Source: Haliotis rufescens (Eukaryota). Taken from it: 64,000 nt of DNA. Positions 10,601 to 23,759 of the stretch are shown in pieces (positions within the stretch are counted from its first letter, which is position 1; every line of letters begins with the position of its first letter). The notes beneath the pieces are model-generated. The model saw nothing but the letters and a program-made list of their open reading frames with translations. It had not been told where the DNA came from and did no database searches. The stretch spans positions 5,828,001 through 5,892,000 of the forward strand of contig NW_025963968.1 in the NCBI RefSeq assembly GCF_023055435.1, in the 5' to 3' direction. A program made the position numbers and the translations under genes.

Positions 10601-13460
10601 CATAATGTGTAGTGCATGGTGTGTAATGAATTATGTGAAATGCATGGTGTATAATGAAGTATGTGTAGTGCATGGTGTGTAATGAATAATGAGCAGTGCA
10701 TGGTGTGTAGTGAATGTGTGATGCATGGTGTGTAATGAATTATGTGCAGTGCATGGTGTGTAATGAATTATGTGTAATGCATGATGTATAATGAATTATG
10801 TGTAGTGCATGGTGTGTAATGAATTATGTGTAATGCATGGTGTGTAATTATATAAGTGTTGTGCATTTGTGACACGTCATGCACTTCACATTATACAAAA
10901 TGCACATTCCACCATACGCCAGATACCATATTTTACACATTATGGACTACATGCCATGCATTAAACAGCATGTGCACCATGCACTACATTTCCCATCTCT
11001 CACAAACATTATCTTAACAGTTTTCCTGGAATGTGTATATATAATATATATTACGTCAGAAGGTAAGTGATGTGTCAGTCGGACAGTGACAGCCAATATA
11101 GTTCCAACTGAAACCTTTTTCTTAGTTCACCAAAGGCTGATGGTTTGTTTGTTTGTTGTTTGACGCCGCACTCAACAATATTGCAGCTTTATGACGGCGG
11201 TGATCTAGTGATTGACATCATTAGCATCGATCCACGCAGTTGGGATACGATGACATGCATCAACCAAGTCAGCGAGGCTGACCATCCGATCCCGTTAGTC
11301 GCCTCTTACGACAAGCATAGTCGCCTTTTACGGCAAGCATGGGTTCTGCCCCGCATCTTCATGGGTGCATGGTGTGTAATGCATTATGTGTAGTGCATGG
11401 TGTGTAATGAATTATGTGAAATGCATGGTGTATAATGAAGTATGTGTAGTGCATGGTGTGTAATGAATAATGAGCAGTGCATGGTGTGTAGTGAATGTGT
11501 GATGCATGGTGTGTAATGAATTATGTGCAGTGCATGGTGTGTAATGAATTATGTGTAATGCATGATGTATAATGAATTATGTGTAGTGCATGGTGTATAA
11601 TGAATACTGTGCAATGCATGGTGTGTAGTGAATGTGTGATGCATGGTGTGTAATGCATTTTGTGTAGTGCATGGTGTGTAATGAATTATGTTAAATGCTT
11701 GGTGTGTAGTGAATGTGTGATGCATGGTGTGTAATGCATTATGTGTAGTGCATGGTGTATAATGAATAACAGTGCAGTGCATGATGTGTAGTGAATATGT
11801 GATGCATTATCTGTATTGCATTTTGTGTTATGATTATGCAGTGTATGATGGGTAGAGAATATGAAATACGTGGTGTGATGTATAATGCATGATGTGTAGT
11901 GCATTTCGTGTAATACATGATTGTAATGAAAGTTTTTGTACGGTGTGTAGTGCTTTGTTTGTAGTGCATACTTTGTAATTAATTACATATGTTGAATGGT
12001 GTGTAATTATTTATATATTATGCATGGCGTGTAATTAATTATATATATTATGCATGGTGTGTTATCAGTTATATATTATGCATGGTGTGTTATTAATTAT
12101 ATATTATGCATGGTGTGTAATTAATTATATATTAAGCAGGGTGTGTACTCAATTATATATGTTGGATGGTGTGTAATCAATTATATATTATGGATGGTGT
12201 GTAATTATTATATATTATGCATGGTGTGTAATTAATTATGTATTATGCATGGTGTGTAATCAATTATATATATATGCATGGTGTGTAATTTATTATATAT
12301 TATACCTCGTGTGTAATTAATCATATATTATGCATGGTGTGTAATCAATTATATATGTTGCATGGTGTGTTGTGCATGGTATGCAATTAATTATATATTA
12401 TGCATGGTGTGTAATCAATTATATATTATGCATGGTGTGTAATCAATTATATATTATTCATGGTGTGTTGTGCATGGTGTGTCGTGCATGTAAGTCATTA
12501 ATTATATATTATGCATGGTGTGTTGTGCATCGTGTGTCATGCATGTAAGTCATTAATCATATATTATGCATTGTGTGTTGTGCATGGTGTGTTGTGCATG
12601 GTGTGTCGTGCATGTAAGTCATTAATTATATATTTTGCATGGCGTGTTGTGCATGGTGTGTTGTGCATGGTGTGTCGTGCATGTAAGTCATTAATTATAT
12701 ATTTTGCATGGCGTGTTGTGCATGTGTGTCGTGCATGGTGTGTCGTGCATGTAAGTCATTAATTATATATTTTGCATGGTGTGTTGTGCATGGTGTGTTG
12801 TGCATGGTGTGTCGTGCATGTAAGTCATTAATCATAAATTATGCATTGTGTGTTGTGCATGGTGTGTTGTGCATGGTGAGTCGTGCATGTAAGTCATTAA
12901 TTATATATTTTGCATGGCGTGTTGTGCATGTGTGTCGTGCATGGTGTGTCGTGCATGTAAGTCATTAATTATATATTTTGCATGGCGTGTTGTGCATGTG
13001 TGTCGTGCATGGTGTGTCGTGCATGTAAGTCATTAATTATATATTTTGCATGGCGTGTTGTGCATGTGTGTCGTGCATGGTGTGTCGTGCATGTAAGTCA
13101 TTAATTATATATTTTGCATGGTGTGTTGTGCATGGTGTGTTGTGCATGGTGTGTCGTGCATGTAAGTCATTAATCATAAATTATGCATTGTGTGTTGTGC
13201 ATGGTGTGTTGTGCATGGTGAGTCGTGCATGTAAGTCATTAATTATATATTTTGCATGGCGTGTTGTGCATGTGTGTCGTGCATGGTGTGTCGTGCATGT
13301 AAGTCATTAATTATATATTTTGCATGGTGTGTTGTGCATGGTGTGTTGTGCATGGTGTGTCGTGCATGTAAGTCATTAATTATATATTTTGCATGGCGTG
13401 TAGATCAAAGCATGATTGGCTCCACGTTTCGTGCACGGTCCAAAGTGCATGGTGTGTAGT
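7625..13460. repeat. Satellite A (~28-bp TGCATGGTGTGTAATGAATTATGTGTAA, grading into a longer TGCATGGTGTGTCGTGCATGTAAGTCATTAATTATATATT variant)
   Basis: Tandem array; orientation flips at ~7940; related arrays at ~2650-2720 and ~19780-20990. Confidence 0.95.
9030..11367. repeat. Three copies of a ~500-bp cassette (unique segment plus short retroposon) embedded in satellite A
   Basis: Near-identical blocks starting ~9030, ~10090 and ~10870; duplicated ORFs 9303/11145 and 10098/10879. Confidence 0.9.
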
Positions 13461-13675
13461 ATCTATACTCATTAGCAAGTGTTAGGATGTACATATGAAA
13501 ACATACACATTCAAAGCAATACTGATATGAGTTTGGTGGAGCAATCAAGGACAACGAGTGCAAGGTTGTCAATGAAACATTTATTTCATTAGACAGAAAC
13601 CATTACACAAAGAGCATAATCTCAAAACAGTCTCATCTCGCTCCGCGAAAACTTGCTTCCTAACATGCACATGAT

Positions 13676-14481
13676 CTAACCAACGATTGGCTGAGCGTCA
13701 AGTTGGTCCAAGATGAGCGCAGCGTAGAGAGGGTCGTAGCTGTTTCTACCTGTACGGGCGGAGGGGGCGTAAGGGGAGGCAATCTCGTTTAAGCCGTACG
13801 ATAGACCGGGATGGTTGATATCAAGGGCATCAGCAAGGAGGTAGTCGTTGAGGAAGTTGTTGTATCCGTTGCCGTGTCGTGGTGCGTATCCAGATCGTGC
13901 AGCAGTAGGTACCCGTGCAGCCTGCCTAGGTCTGTCTTGGTTGATGATAATCACCCTTGGTTGTTGGTTGGCATACCCTTTGACAGTCCTGGGCTGCACT
14001 TGCAATCCTGAAGCACCTGGAATTAAATCGCCTAGGTATTAGAGTGAGTGAGTATGGTTTACGACGTTTTCGGCAACATTGCAGCATTACTACTACGATC
14101 CCAACAAGAAAGGGTGTCCCACATTGTTCCCATGTCGGAATTTGAGTTTTGAGATCGAGCCAACGCTTTAACAGCTATACTGGTCATCTGTCGTCAGTTC
14201 CTCAGAGGTGTTCATGATGGTGTGTAGTCCCATAGGATGGAGACAATAAAATCTTAACAATTTCCATCAACGAATCATTGTTAAAACACACTGATGATAG
14301 GAGGTCGACAGTCGAAGAATACCCAATATTTGCCAGAGGTAATGTGTAGTTAAACGACGCTGAGGGACATTCATAAATTGTAAGACTGAATTCTCCTGAT
14401 ATACTTACGATTGTAACGGGCATCACTTATGACACACAAACAGACCAGGATGGCAGCAGGTAGAATTATAGCAGTCCTCAT
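13676..14481 (-). CDS. Family A secreted protein, copy A3 (137 aa); complement(join(13676..14016,14409..14481)); exon 1 ends 15057
   Basis: MRTAIILPAAILVCLCVISDARYN exon of 73 nt, GTAAGT donor, ttccAG acceptor, in frame with ORF 13676..14005. TATAAAA at 15119-15125 (-). Lacks the GASSAI hexapeptide of A1/A2. Confidence 0.9.
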
Positions 14482-15089
14482 GATTCGGGTGTTTTTAATT
14501 TCTGTTCTGTAAAAGTGATGCAAGATGTCAACAAAAATAATGGCAGCACAATTTCAGTCGTATTCGTTGTTAGGGTATCATTACATTTAACACTGACTGA
14601 GATTTTATGAAAGCTAACCAATTAATGACACATTCGCATACATATATTGATATTCAAAATTATTGCGCTTATAAAGCGACGTGCGTGTGTGTATGTATGT
14701 GTGGCTGCTTATACTATTCTGGACTAATGCCGACTTGATAGTGCGAGCCCACTGGGATTGACGCATTTTAACACGAATACCCCACTCAGACACAGTATAC
14801 TCCGAGCCGACCACGCCTTGTTTTAGCCCCTTAATGCCAAGTACCATCTTATCGAACCCCGGACCTTCCGCTCTCCAGAATGGCGCTCTACCACTAGACC
14901 ACGGAGGCGTTCTCTAACGAACAGGTCCTTAATACACAAAGGTTGTAGAAGAACATGACACATGAAAACTTCTAGTATACAAGCAATATTAGACTCCACA
15001 GTCGATTTACAAGAAAAGATAAATTGACAAGAAAATATAACAAACAGTTGGCTCACCTGTTGCTGCTGCTCTGTGGCTACAATTGGAGA

Positions 15090-15172
15090 ATGATGGTGTC
15101 CAGAGAAATGAGGAATACTTTTATACGCCAGCCGGACATCCTTCAAGGAGCATCGTGACACAGTGACGTAAC
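15090..15172 (-). promoter_or_regulatory. A3 core promoter (TTACGTCA, TCACGATG, TATAAAA)
   Basis: Reverse-complement homolog of the A2 promoter. Confidence 0.65.
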
Positions 15173-15569
15173 AATGGTCACTGTCATGCAACTTACCCTG
15201 ACAATACCATGCCTGTATTGGTTCAAATTCGTCTGTGATGTAATAATGAAATTTTACTATGTTCTTACATGTGACAAGACGTCCATCATAAATCAAGCCT
15301 CCTTGTACCCATCAAAGAGGTGAAAATATCCCGAGGCAGGATTTAGACAAAAACAATTACAGGTTCATCAATAGATTTAACTACAATGACATATTCATTG
15401 ACAGAGACTAACACGAGTCCCTGTCATACAGAGCTTCAAAGGAATGCACAGTGTGTACCACGATGATTATGCTTAGAACAGCCCGTGAGTTGATGATAAA
15501 TGAATTGATTCCTGAATATAATTTTATAAAATTTTGTTATACACAAGATTGTTTCTTTGTGCTCGTATG

Positions 15570-18500
15570 CTGGAAAGGTAGTGATGATTGTGTGAGTATA
15601 TTCCTGTATGTCAGCAGATGAGTGTGCCTATGCCTCTGTATTTGAGGGTAGCAGATATGGTGTGTGTATGTGCCTGTATGTAGGAAGGGTAGCGATGATT
15701 GTGTGTGTATGTTTCTGCATGTAAGAAGGGTAGCGATGATTGAGCGTGAGTATGTTCCTGTATGTAAGAAGAGTAGCGATGATTGTGCGTGTGTATGTTA
15801 CTGTATGTAAGAAGGGTAGCGATGATTGTGCATGTGTATGTTACTGTATGTAAGAAGGGTAGCGATGATTGTGTGTGTATGTTCCTGTATGTAAGAAGTG
15901 TAGCGATGATTGTGCATGTGTATGTGCCTGTATGTAGGAAGGGTAGCGATGATTGTGCATGTGTATGTTACTGTATGTAAGAAGGGTAGCGATGATTATG
16001 TGTGTATGTTACTGTATGTAAGAAGGGTAGCGATGATTGTGCATGTGTATGTGCCTGTTTGTAAGAAGTGTAGCGATGATTGTGCATGTGTATGTGCCTG
16101 TATGTAGGAAGGGTAGCGATGATTGTGCGTGTGTATGTGCCTGTATGTAAGATGGATAGCGATGATTATGCATGTGTATGTGCCTGCATGTAGGAGGGGT
16201 AGCGATGATTCTTCATGTGTATGTGCCTGTATGTAGGAAGGGTAGCGATGATTGTGCATGTGTATGTGCCTGTATCTACCCTTCTTTCATACAGGCACAT
16301 ACACATGCACAATCATCGCTACCCGTCTAACATACAGGCACATGCAAATGCACAATCATCGCTACCCTTCTTACATACAGGCACATACATTAAAACCGTT
16401 TGAATAAAAGTCATCTCAACTTTGAAACCAAGTTGTTGTATTCCTGCCGTGGTGTCTCCTGATTGTGAAGACCAAGAAGAAGAACCCTGGTTACAACCTA
16501 GACTGATCGATGAGCCGAATTTTTATGGTGCCGAGACCCGGATCTTGGAAAGCAACTCTCCAACCAGGAGCACCCCAGGAACCAAGAACATAACTAGGAA
16601 AAATCTCTCGAGGTAAGTTTTACCCTAAGTGATTCAAATTGTTCTGCTGGCTTATAGTATATCATATATAGTTAAGAAGAGATTAACTAACAAAGGACTG
16701 AGTAAGGGGTATATATATATATATATACGTAAAAGTGGAAAAAAGGTAATTGATGGCAGTAGCATGTACCCCGGATCTAAGGACCCCAGAATAGACGGTT
16801 AGCGAAGGGAGGTTTGCGGCTCAAGTAAGCTGGGGGGTCGTTTTAGTGCGGAACTAATAGAGAAAGATTTGAAGGAGTGGGTGAAGTTGTCCCCAGTATT
16901 AAGGAATTGGATAGGGAGACAAAGAAATAGCGGGTACGGAGAAAGAAAACAATTCTCCCGACCACATAATAGCGGTATGTATTACGTTTTTAAGCAGACA
17001 AAATGATCATGGCCGGGTAGAACTGAGAGAGAGAGACCCTAGAACCCACCGATCAGCCCAGGCAGAGTTGATCCCTTTGACCGAAATAACCACCAACACA
17101 CGACCCCAAGAAGCTTTTCCTAGACCAGCTTCACGATTCGCCGGTCAGAAGAGAAAGCATTCGCCGTTTCATCCTGAGAAGATAAGCGAAGGGCGAGCAT
17201 CCCACGATGAGAAATCTGATGAAGAGGACCTGCCTCTTACATCGGCACCCCTTGACGTACGCAGTCAGAAACCAGATCAAGTAACAGGTTCATTCCGATT
17301 GGTGCAGTGAGAATTCTCGACGAAATGGCGGGGAACTATATGGGAATGGTGTGTTGTAAGTCGGTGAAGGCATTCAACTAGTGGCTGTGGTGTGGATAAA
17401 AAGTGTGCAGCCAGAAAGTGAAAGGTGTGGCTGGATTATTCGAGGATGAAGATAAAGGAAGGGATAGTGTATTCTTATGTGAATATGCCAAGTAATTCCT
17501 ACCCTTGTGAACAAAGAGCACGAAATAATTGACAGAGCCGGTATAGGACGACGGGCTGTAAAGACTATACAGCGATACAAGCCAAGAACTATTAACTATA
17601 AATAATAAAAAGGACAAAACGTGCTGACGTTGGATCAGGAAGATTAATTTACTCTGGGTATATGCAAGAAAATGTAATTGTGAATACATTTTCTTACCCT
17701 AAGGAAGGGAGGATTTTAACCAGGAGTCGCACACCCGGTTATAATTATATAAATAATTAAGATAAATGCAAGCATATTACTGTACATGAATTATATGTGA
17801 ATATGGAAGTGTTGAATTGAATATGATATGAATTTATGTGAAGGAATTTGAATGTACTCACATTGTATAACTGTATAACCCGAGGAGCGCAGGTGGCGGC
17901 CAATTATATTTAATTAATTGGTTTTCTAATTTGAATGAGAGGGTGTCAAGTAAAGAGCTAAGGTTTTCACGAAACAGCCAAGGTGATTTAAGAGAAATTA
18001 TTAGTTAAGATTAACTATACGAAATGTACAGGGAGGGAACCGGTCCGACCCCCGTAGTTGCAAGTTAGAAAATATATCAAGGACTTAATAGATAGGAATA
18101 ACCTGAGAGTACGAGATCAAAACCTCGGATAAGTCACTAAGAAGCTTTTTAACTACTCATTCTTCATAATAATAAATAGTTTTAAAGCATGAGCACCAGA
18201 ACGGACTCACGTGCTGGTCAACCTCGTGACGTCATATTAATTTATCATTGGACTGACGTAGAGAAGTTTGAGGGATAAAACGAGGTGGAAAATCGTCATT
18301 CGGGGAGAACGGTTTGCGGGACACTAGTAGACAGGTCAGAGGTCACTGCGCTCCTAAGAAACTCAGATTGCTGCCAGCACGTTTGCGTGGTATCTGATTA
18401 CTATATTAAAACCGTTTGAATAAAAGTCATCTCAGCTTTGAAACCAAGTTGTTGTATTCCTGCCGTGGTGTCTCCTGATTGTGAAGACCAAGCAAAAGAA

Positions 18501-19760
18501 CCCAAGAAAGAAGGGTAGCGATGATTGTGCGTGTATGTTCCTGTATGTAAGAAGGGTAGCGATGATTGCGTGTACATGTTCCTGTATGTAAGAAGGGTAG
18601 CGATGATTGTGCGTGCGTATGTTCCTGTATGTTAGACGGGTAGCGATGATTATGTGTGTATGTTCCTGTATGTAAGAAGGGTAGCGATGATTGTGTGTGT
18701 ATGTTCCTGTATGTAAGACGGGTAGCGATGATTGTGCATGTGTATGTGCCTGTATGTAAGACGGGTAGCGATGGTTGTGCATGTGTATGTACCTGTATGT
18801 AAGAAGGGTAGCAATGATTGTACATGTGTATGTGCCTGTATGTAGGAAGGGTAGCGATGATTCTTCATGTGTATGTGCCTGTATGTAGGAAGGGTAGCGA
18901 TGATTGTGCATGTGTATGTGCCTGTATGTAAGAAGGGTAGCGATGATTCTGCGTGTGTATGTGCCTGTATGTAGGAAGGGTAGCGATGATTGTGCATGTG
19001 TATGTGCCTGTATGTAAGAAGGGTAGCGATGATTGTGCGTGTGTATGTGCCTGTATGTAGGAAGGGTAGCGATGATTGTGCATGTGTATGTGCCTGTATG
19101 TAGGAAGGGTAGCGATGATTGTGCATGTGTATGTACCTGTATGTAAGAAGGGTAGCAATGATTGTACATGTGTATGTGCCTGTATGTAGGAAGGGTAGCG
19201 ATGATTCTTCATGTGTATGTGCCTGTATGAAAGAAGGGTAGCGATGATTCTTCATGTGTATGTGCCTGTATGTAAGAAGGGTAGCGATGATTCTTCATGT
19301 GTATGTGCCTGTATGTAGGAAGGGTAGCGATGATTGTGCATGTGTATGTGCCTGTATGTAGGAAGGGTAGCGATGATTCTTCATGTGTATGTGCCTGTAT
19401 GAAAGAAGGGTAGCGATGATTGTGCATGTGTATGTGCCTGTATGTAGGAAGGGTAGCGATGATTCTTCATGTGTATGTGCCTGTATGTAGGAAGGGTAGC
19501 GATGATTGTGCATGTGTATGTGCCTGTATGTAGGAAGGGTAGCGATGATTGTGCGTGTGTATGTGCCTGTATGTAGGAAGGGTAGCGATGATTGTGCATG
19601 TGTATGTGCCTGTATGTAAGAAGGGTAGCGATGATTGTGCATGTGTATGTGCCTGTATGTAAGACGGGTAGCGATGATTGTGCATGTGTATGTGCCTGTA
19701 TGAAAGAAGGGTAGCGGTGATTGTGCGTGTGTATGTGCCTGTATGTAAGAAAGGTGGCAA
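15570..19760. repeat. Satellite B (~42-bp GAAGGGTAGCGATGATTGTGCATGTGTATGTGCCTGTATGTA), interrupted by the LTR element
   Basis: Tandem array; inverted block 16276-16388. Confidence 0.95.
16389..18503 (+). mobile_element. Non-autonomous/deleted LTR retrotransposon (Gypsy-like): 5' LTR remnant 16389-16495, PBS 16526-16543, PPT 17701-17713, 3' LTR 17715-18503
   Basis: About 99-bp direct repeat (16389-16487 = 18405-18503) containing AATAAA. Termini TTTAACCAGG...CCTGGTTACA are inverted (TG..CA type, one mismatch). TGGTGCCGAGACCCGGAT resembles a tRNA-His/Phe PBS; AAGGAAGGGAGGA is the PPT. Confidence 0.8.
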
Positions 19761-19779
19761 ATGTGGTGTGATATATAAT

Positions 19780-20990
19780 GCATGATGTGTAGTGCAATTT
19801 GTGTAATGTATGATTGTAGTGCATGGTTTGTATTGTGTGTAATGCTTTGTTTGTAGTGCATAATTTGCAATTAGTTATATATGTTGCAATGTGTGTTGTG
19901 CATGGTGTGTAATTAGAAAACAAATATATCATGCATAGTGTTGTGCATGGTGTGTCGTGCATGGTATAATATTCCATAAATTATATATTTTGCATGGTGT
20001 GTTATTGATTACATATTATGCATGGTGTGTTGTGCATGGTGTGTCGTGCATGGTATTTCATTAATTATATATTTTGCATTGTGGGTAATTGATTATATAT
20101 CATGCATGGTGTGTTGTACATGGTGTGTAATGGATTATATATCATGCATGGTGTGTTGTACATGGTATGTCATTAATTATATTTTATGCAAGGTGTGTTG
20201 TGCATGGTATATAATTAATTATATATTATGCATGATGTGTTGTGCATGGTATGCCGTTAATTATATAGTATGCATGGTGTGTTATGTATGGTACGTCATT
20301 AATTATATAGTATGCATGGTGTGTTGTGCATGGTATGTCATTAATCATACATTATGGATGGTGTATTGTACATGGTATATCATTGATTATATATTATGCA
20401 TGGCGTGTTGTGTATGGTGTGTCGTGCATGGTATGTTATAAATTATATACTTTGTATGGCGTGTTATGCATGGTATGTCATTAATTATATATTATGCATG
20501 GTAAGTCATCAAATACATATTATGCATGGTGTGTTGTGCATGGTGTGTTGTGCATGGTGTGTCGTGCATGTAAGTCATTAATTATATCTTATGCATGGTG
20601 TGTTGTGCATGGTGTGTCGTGCATGTAAGTCATTAATTATATCTTATGCATGGTGTGTTGTGCATGGTGTGTTGTGCATGTAAGTCATTAATTATATATT
20701 ATGCATGGTGTGTTGTGCATGGTGTGTCGTGCATGTAAGTCATTAATTATATCTTATGCATGGTGTGTTGTGCATGGTGTGTCGTGCATGTAAGTCATTA
20801 ATTATATATCATGCATGGTGTGTTGTGCATGGTGTGTTGTGCATGTAAGTCATTAATTATATATCATGCATGGTGTGTTGTGCATGGTGTGTCGTGCATG
20901 TAAGTCATTAATTATATATCATGCATGGTGTGTTGTGCATGGTGTGTCGTGCATGTAAGTCATTAATTATATATTTTGCATGGCGTGTAG
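19780..20990. repeat. Satellite A-related array downstream of A4
   Basis: TGCATGGTGTGTTGTGCATGGTGTGTCGTGCATGTAAGTCATTAATTATAT units, as downstream of A3. Confidence 0.9.
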
Positions 20991-21353
20991 ATCAAAGCAT
21001 GATTGGCTCCACGTTTCGTGCATGGTGTGTAGCGTATGATGTGTACAGTATGTTGTACCTACCATGCATCACTCATTGTACTACACAGTATTATGCGTAC
21101 AGAATTTCTGCATCGTGATATACTAGTATCTATACTCATAAGCAAGCGTTAGGATGTACATACATATATGTATGAAAACATACACCTTCAAAGCAAAACT
21201 GATATGAGTTTGGTGGCGCAATCGAGGACAACGAGTGCAAAGTTGTCAATGAAACATTTTATTTCATCAGATAGAAACCATGACACAAAGAGCATAACCT
21301 CAAAAACATCTTATCTCGCTCCGCGAAAACATATTTCCTAACATGCACATGAT

Positions 21354-22500
21354 CTAACCAACGATTGGCTGAGCGTCAAGTTGGTCCAAGATGAGCGCAG
21401 CGTAGAGAGGGTCGTAGCTGTTTCTACCTGTACGGGCGGAGGGGGCGTAAGGGGAGGCAATCTGGTTGAAGCCGTACGATAGACCGGGATGGTTGATATC
21501 AAGGGCATCAGCAAGGAGGTAGTCGTTGAGGAAGTTGTTGTATCCGTTGCCGTGTCGTGATGCGTATCCAGATCGTGCAGCAGTAGGTACCCGTGCAGCC
21601 TGCCTAGGTCTGTCTTGGTTGATGATAATCACCCTTGGTTGTTGGTTGGCATACCCTTTGACAGTCCTCGGCTGCGCTTGCAACCCTGAAGCACCTTGAA
21701 TGAAAATGTTAAGCTATTAGAGTGAGTGAGTATGGTTTACGGCGTTTTCGGCAACATTGCAGCATTACTACAACGATCCCAACTAGAAAGAGTGTCCCAC
21801 ATTGTTCCCATGTCGGAATTTGAATTTTGAGATCGAACCAACGCTTTAACAGCTATACCGGTCCTCTGTCGTCAGTTCCTCAGAGGTGTTCATGATGGTG
21901 TGTAGTGCCAATGTAAGTCCCATAGGATGGAGAAAATAAAATCATTACAATTTCCATAAAAAATGCACGATTCTTAAAGAAATTTCAAAATAGACTCTTG
22001 AACATCTGTGGAGACTGCGCTAACGATATGGGTGAATACAAATATTTGTTTATTATTTTGATCTTTTTGACCACCCCGAGGCTTGTGACAATGCACAATA
22101 TTTCAAGAATCTTTTCACCTGTTAAAATTCACAATATTAGGCTCAAAATAGGCGCTTGGACAACTTGGAGACTGCGCAAATGATATGGGGAATAAAAATA
22201 ACGTTTTTCGATTTTGAAAGATTTTTTACTTCTTAAAATACAAAATTTTAGGCTCAAATAGACTCTTGGACATACTGATGATAGGAGTTCAACAGTCAGG
22301 GATAAAGAAGAATACCCAATATTTGCCGGAGGTAATGTATAGTTTAACGACTCTGAGGGACATTCATGAAATGTATATTATTATTCCGGGTAACAAGTAT
22401 GACGATGCGATTGACTTCAATACTTACGAATGTAACGGGCATCACTTATGACACACAAACAGGCCAGGATGGCAGCAGGTAGAATTACAGCAGTCCTCAT
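21354..22500 (-). CDS. Family A secreted protein, copy A4 (137 aa); complement(join(21354..21694,22428..22500)); exon 1 ends 23160
   Basis: MRTAVILPAAILACLCVISDARYI 73-nt exon, GTAAGT donor, ttcaAG acceptor, in frame with ORF 21354..21683. TATAAAA at 23222-23228 (-). Confidence 0.9.
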
Positions 22501-23191
22501 GATTCGGATGGTTGTAATTTCTGTTCTGTAAAAGTGAATGTATAATAAAACATTAATGTTAAATGCAAGATGATATAGTATATTGAGAATGTATGTCTAT
22601 TGCAAGTTATGTCAACAAAAATAATGGCAGCACAATATCAGTCGTATTCGTTGTTAGGCAACCATTACATTTTCTTTGGTTAACACTGACTGAGATTTTA
22701 TGAAAAACTAATGAGACATTCGCACACATTTATTTATATTCAAAATCATTGCACTTATAAAGCGACGTGCGTGTGTGTATGTGTGGCTGCTTATACTAGA
22801 CCGGGCTAATGCCGAGTTTATAGTGCTAGCCCACTGAGATGCCATGCCGCAGTTTTACATGAATACCCCACCTGACACAGTATAATGACCACTCCTTGTT
22901 TTAGCCCCTTAATGCCAAGTACCATCTTTTATCGTCTTTTGGTGTGTCGCGGCCGGGATCGAACCCCTGACCTTCCGCTCTCCGGGCGGACGTTCTACCA
23001 CAAGACAACGAAGGCGTTCTCTAACGAACAGGTACTTAATAAACCATAATATAAGGATGCTGAAGAGTATACATCAAGTATACAAGCGATATAAGAATCT
23101 ATATTCGATTTACAAGAAAAGATAAATTGACAAGAAAATATAACAAACAGTTGGCTCACCTGTTGCTGCTGCTCTGTGGCTACAATTGGAG

Positions 23192-23275
23192 AATGATGGT
23201 GTCCAGAGAAATGCGGAATACTTTTATACGCCAGCCGGACATCCATCAAGGAGCATCGTGACACAGTGACGTAAC
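23192..23275 (-). promoter_or_regulatory. A4 core promoter (TTACGTCA, TCACGATG, TATAAAA)
   Basis: Reverse-complement homolog of the A2 promoter. Confidence 0.65.
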
Positions 23276-23759
23276 AATGGTCACTGTCATGCAACTTACC
23301 CTGACAATACCATGCCTGTATTGGTTCGACAGTCAAATTCGCTTGTGACGTAATAACGAAATGTTACTATGTTCTTACATGTGACAAGACGTCCATCATA
23401 AATCAAGCCTCCTTGTACCCATCAAAGAGATGAAAATATCCCGAGGCAGGATTTAGACAAAAACAATTACAGGTTCATCAATAGATTTAACTACAATGAA
23501 ATATTCATTGACAGTGACTTACACGAGTGCCTGTCATACAGTTTCAAAGGAATGCACAGTGTGTAACACTATGATTATGCTTAGGACAGCCCGTGAGTTG
23601 ATGATAAATGAATTGCTTTTGTGTTGACATCGAATACATCTCGTGAATGATTCTTGAATCTAGTTTTATAAGATTTCCAACTTGAAATGGTCACTTTCCC
23701 ACTTATGGAAAAGTGTTTAAACTTGTCAGTACAATTGTCGAACTGCCCGTACATTTCAT

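Noticed and set aside
17068-17310. 80-aa ORF inside the LTR element as possible gag/accessory protein
   Set aside because: TTG start, short, and no recognisable capsid or zinc-knuckle motif
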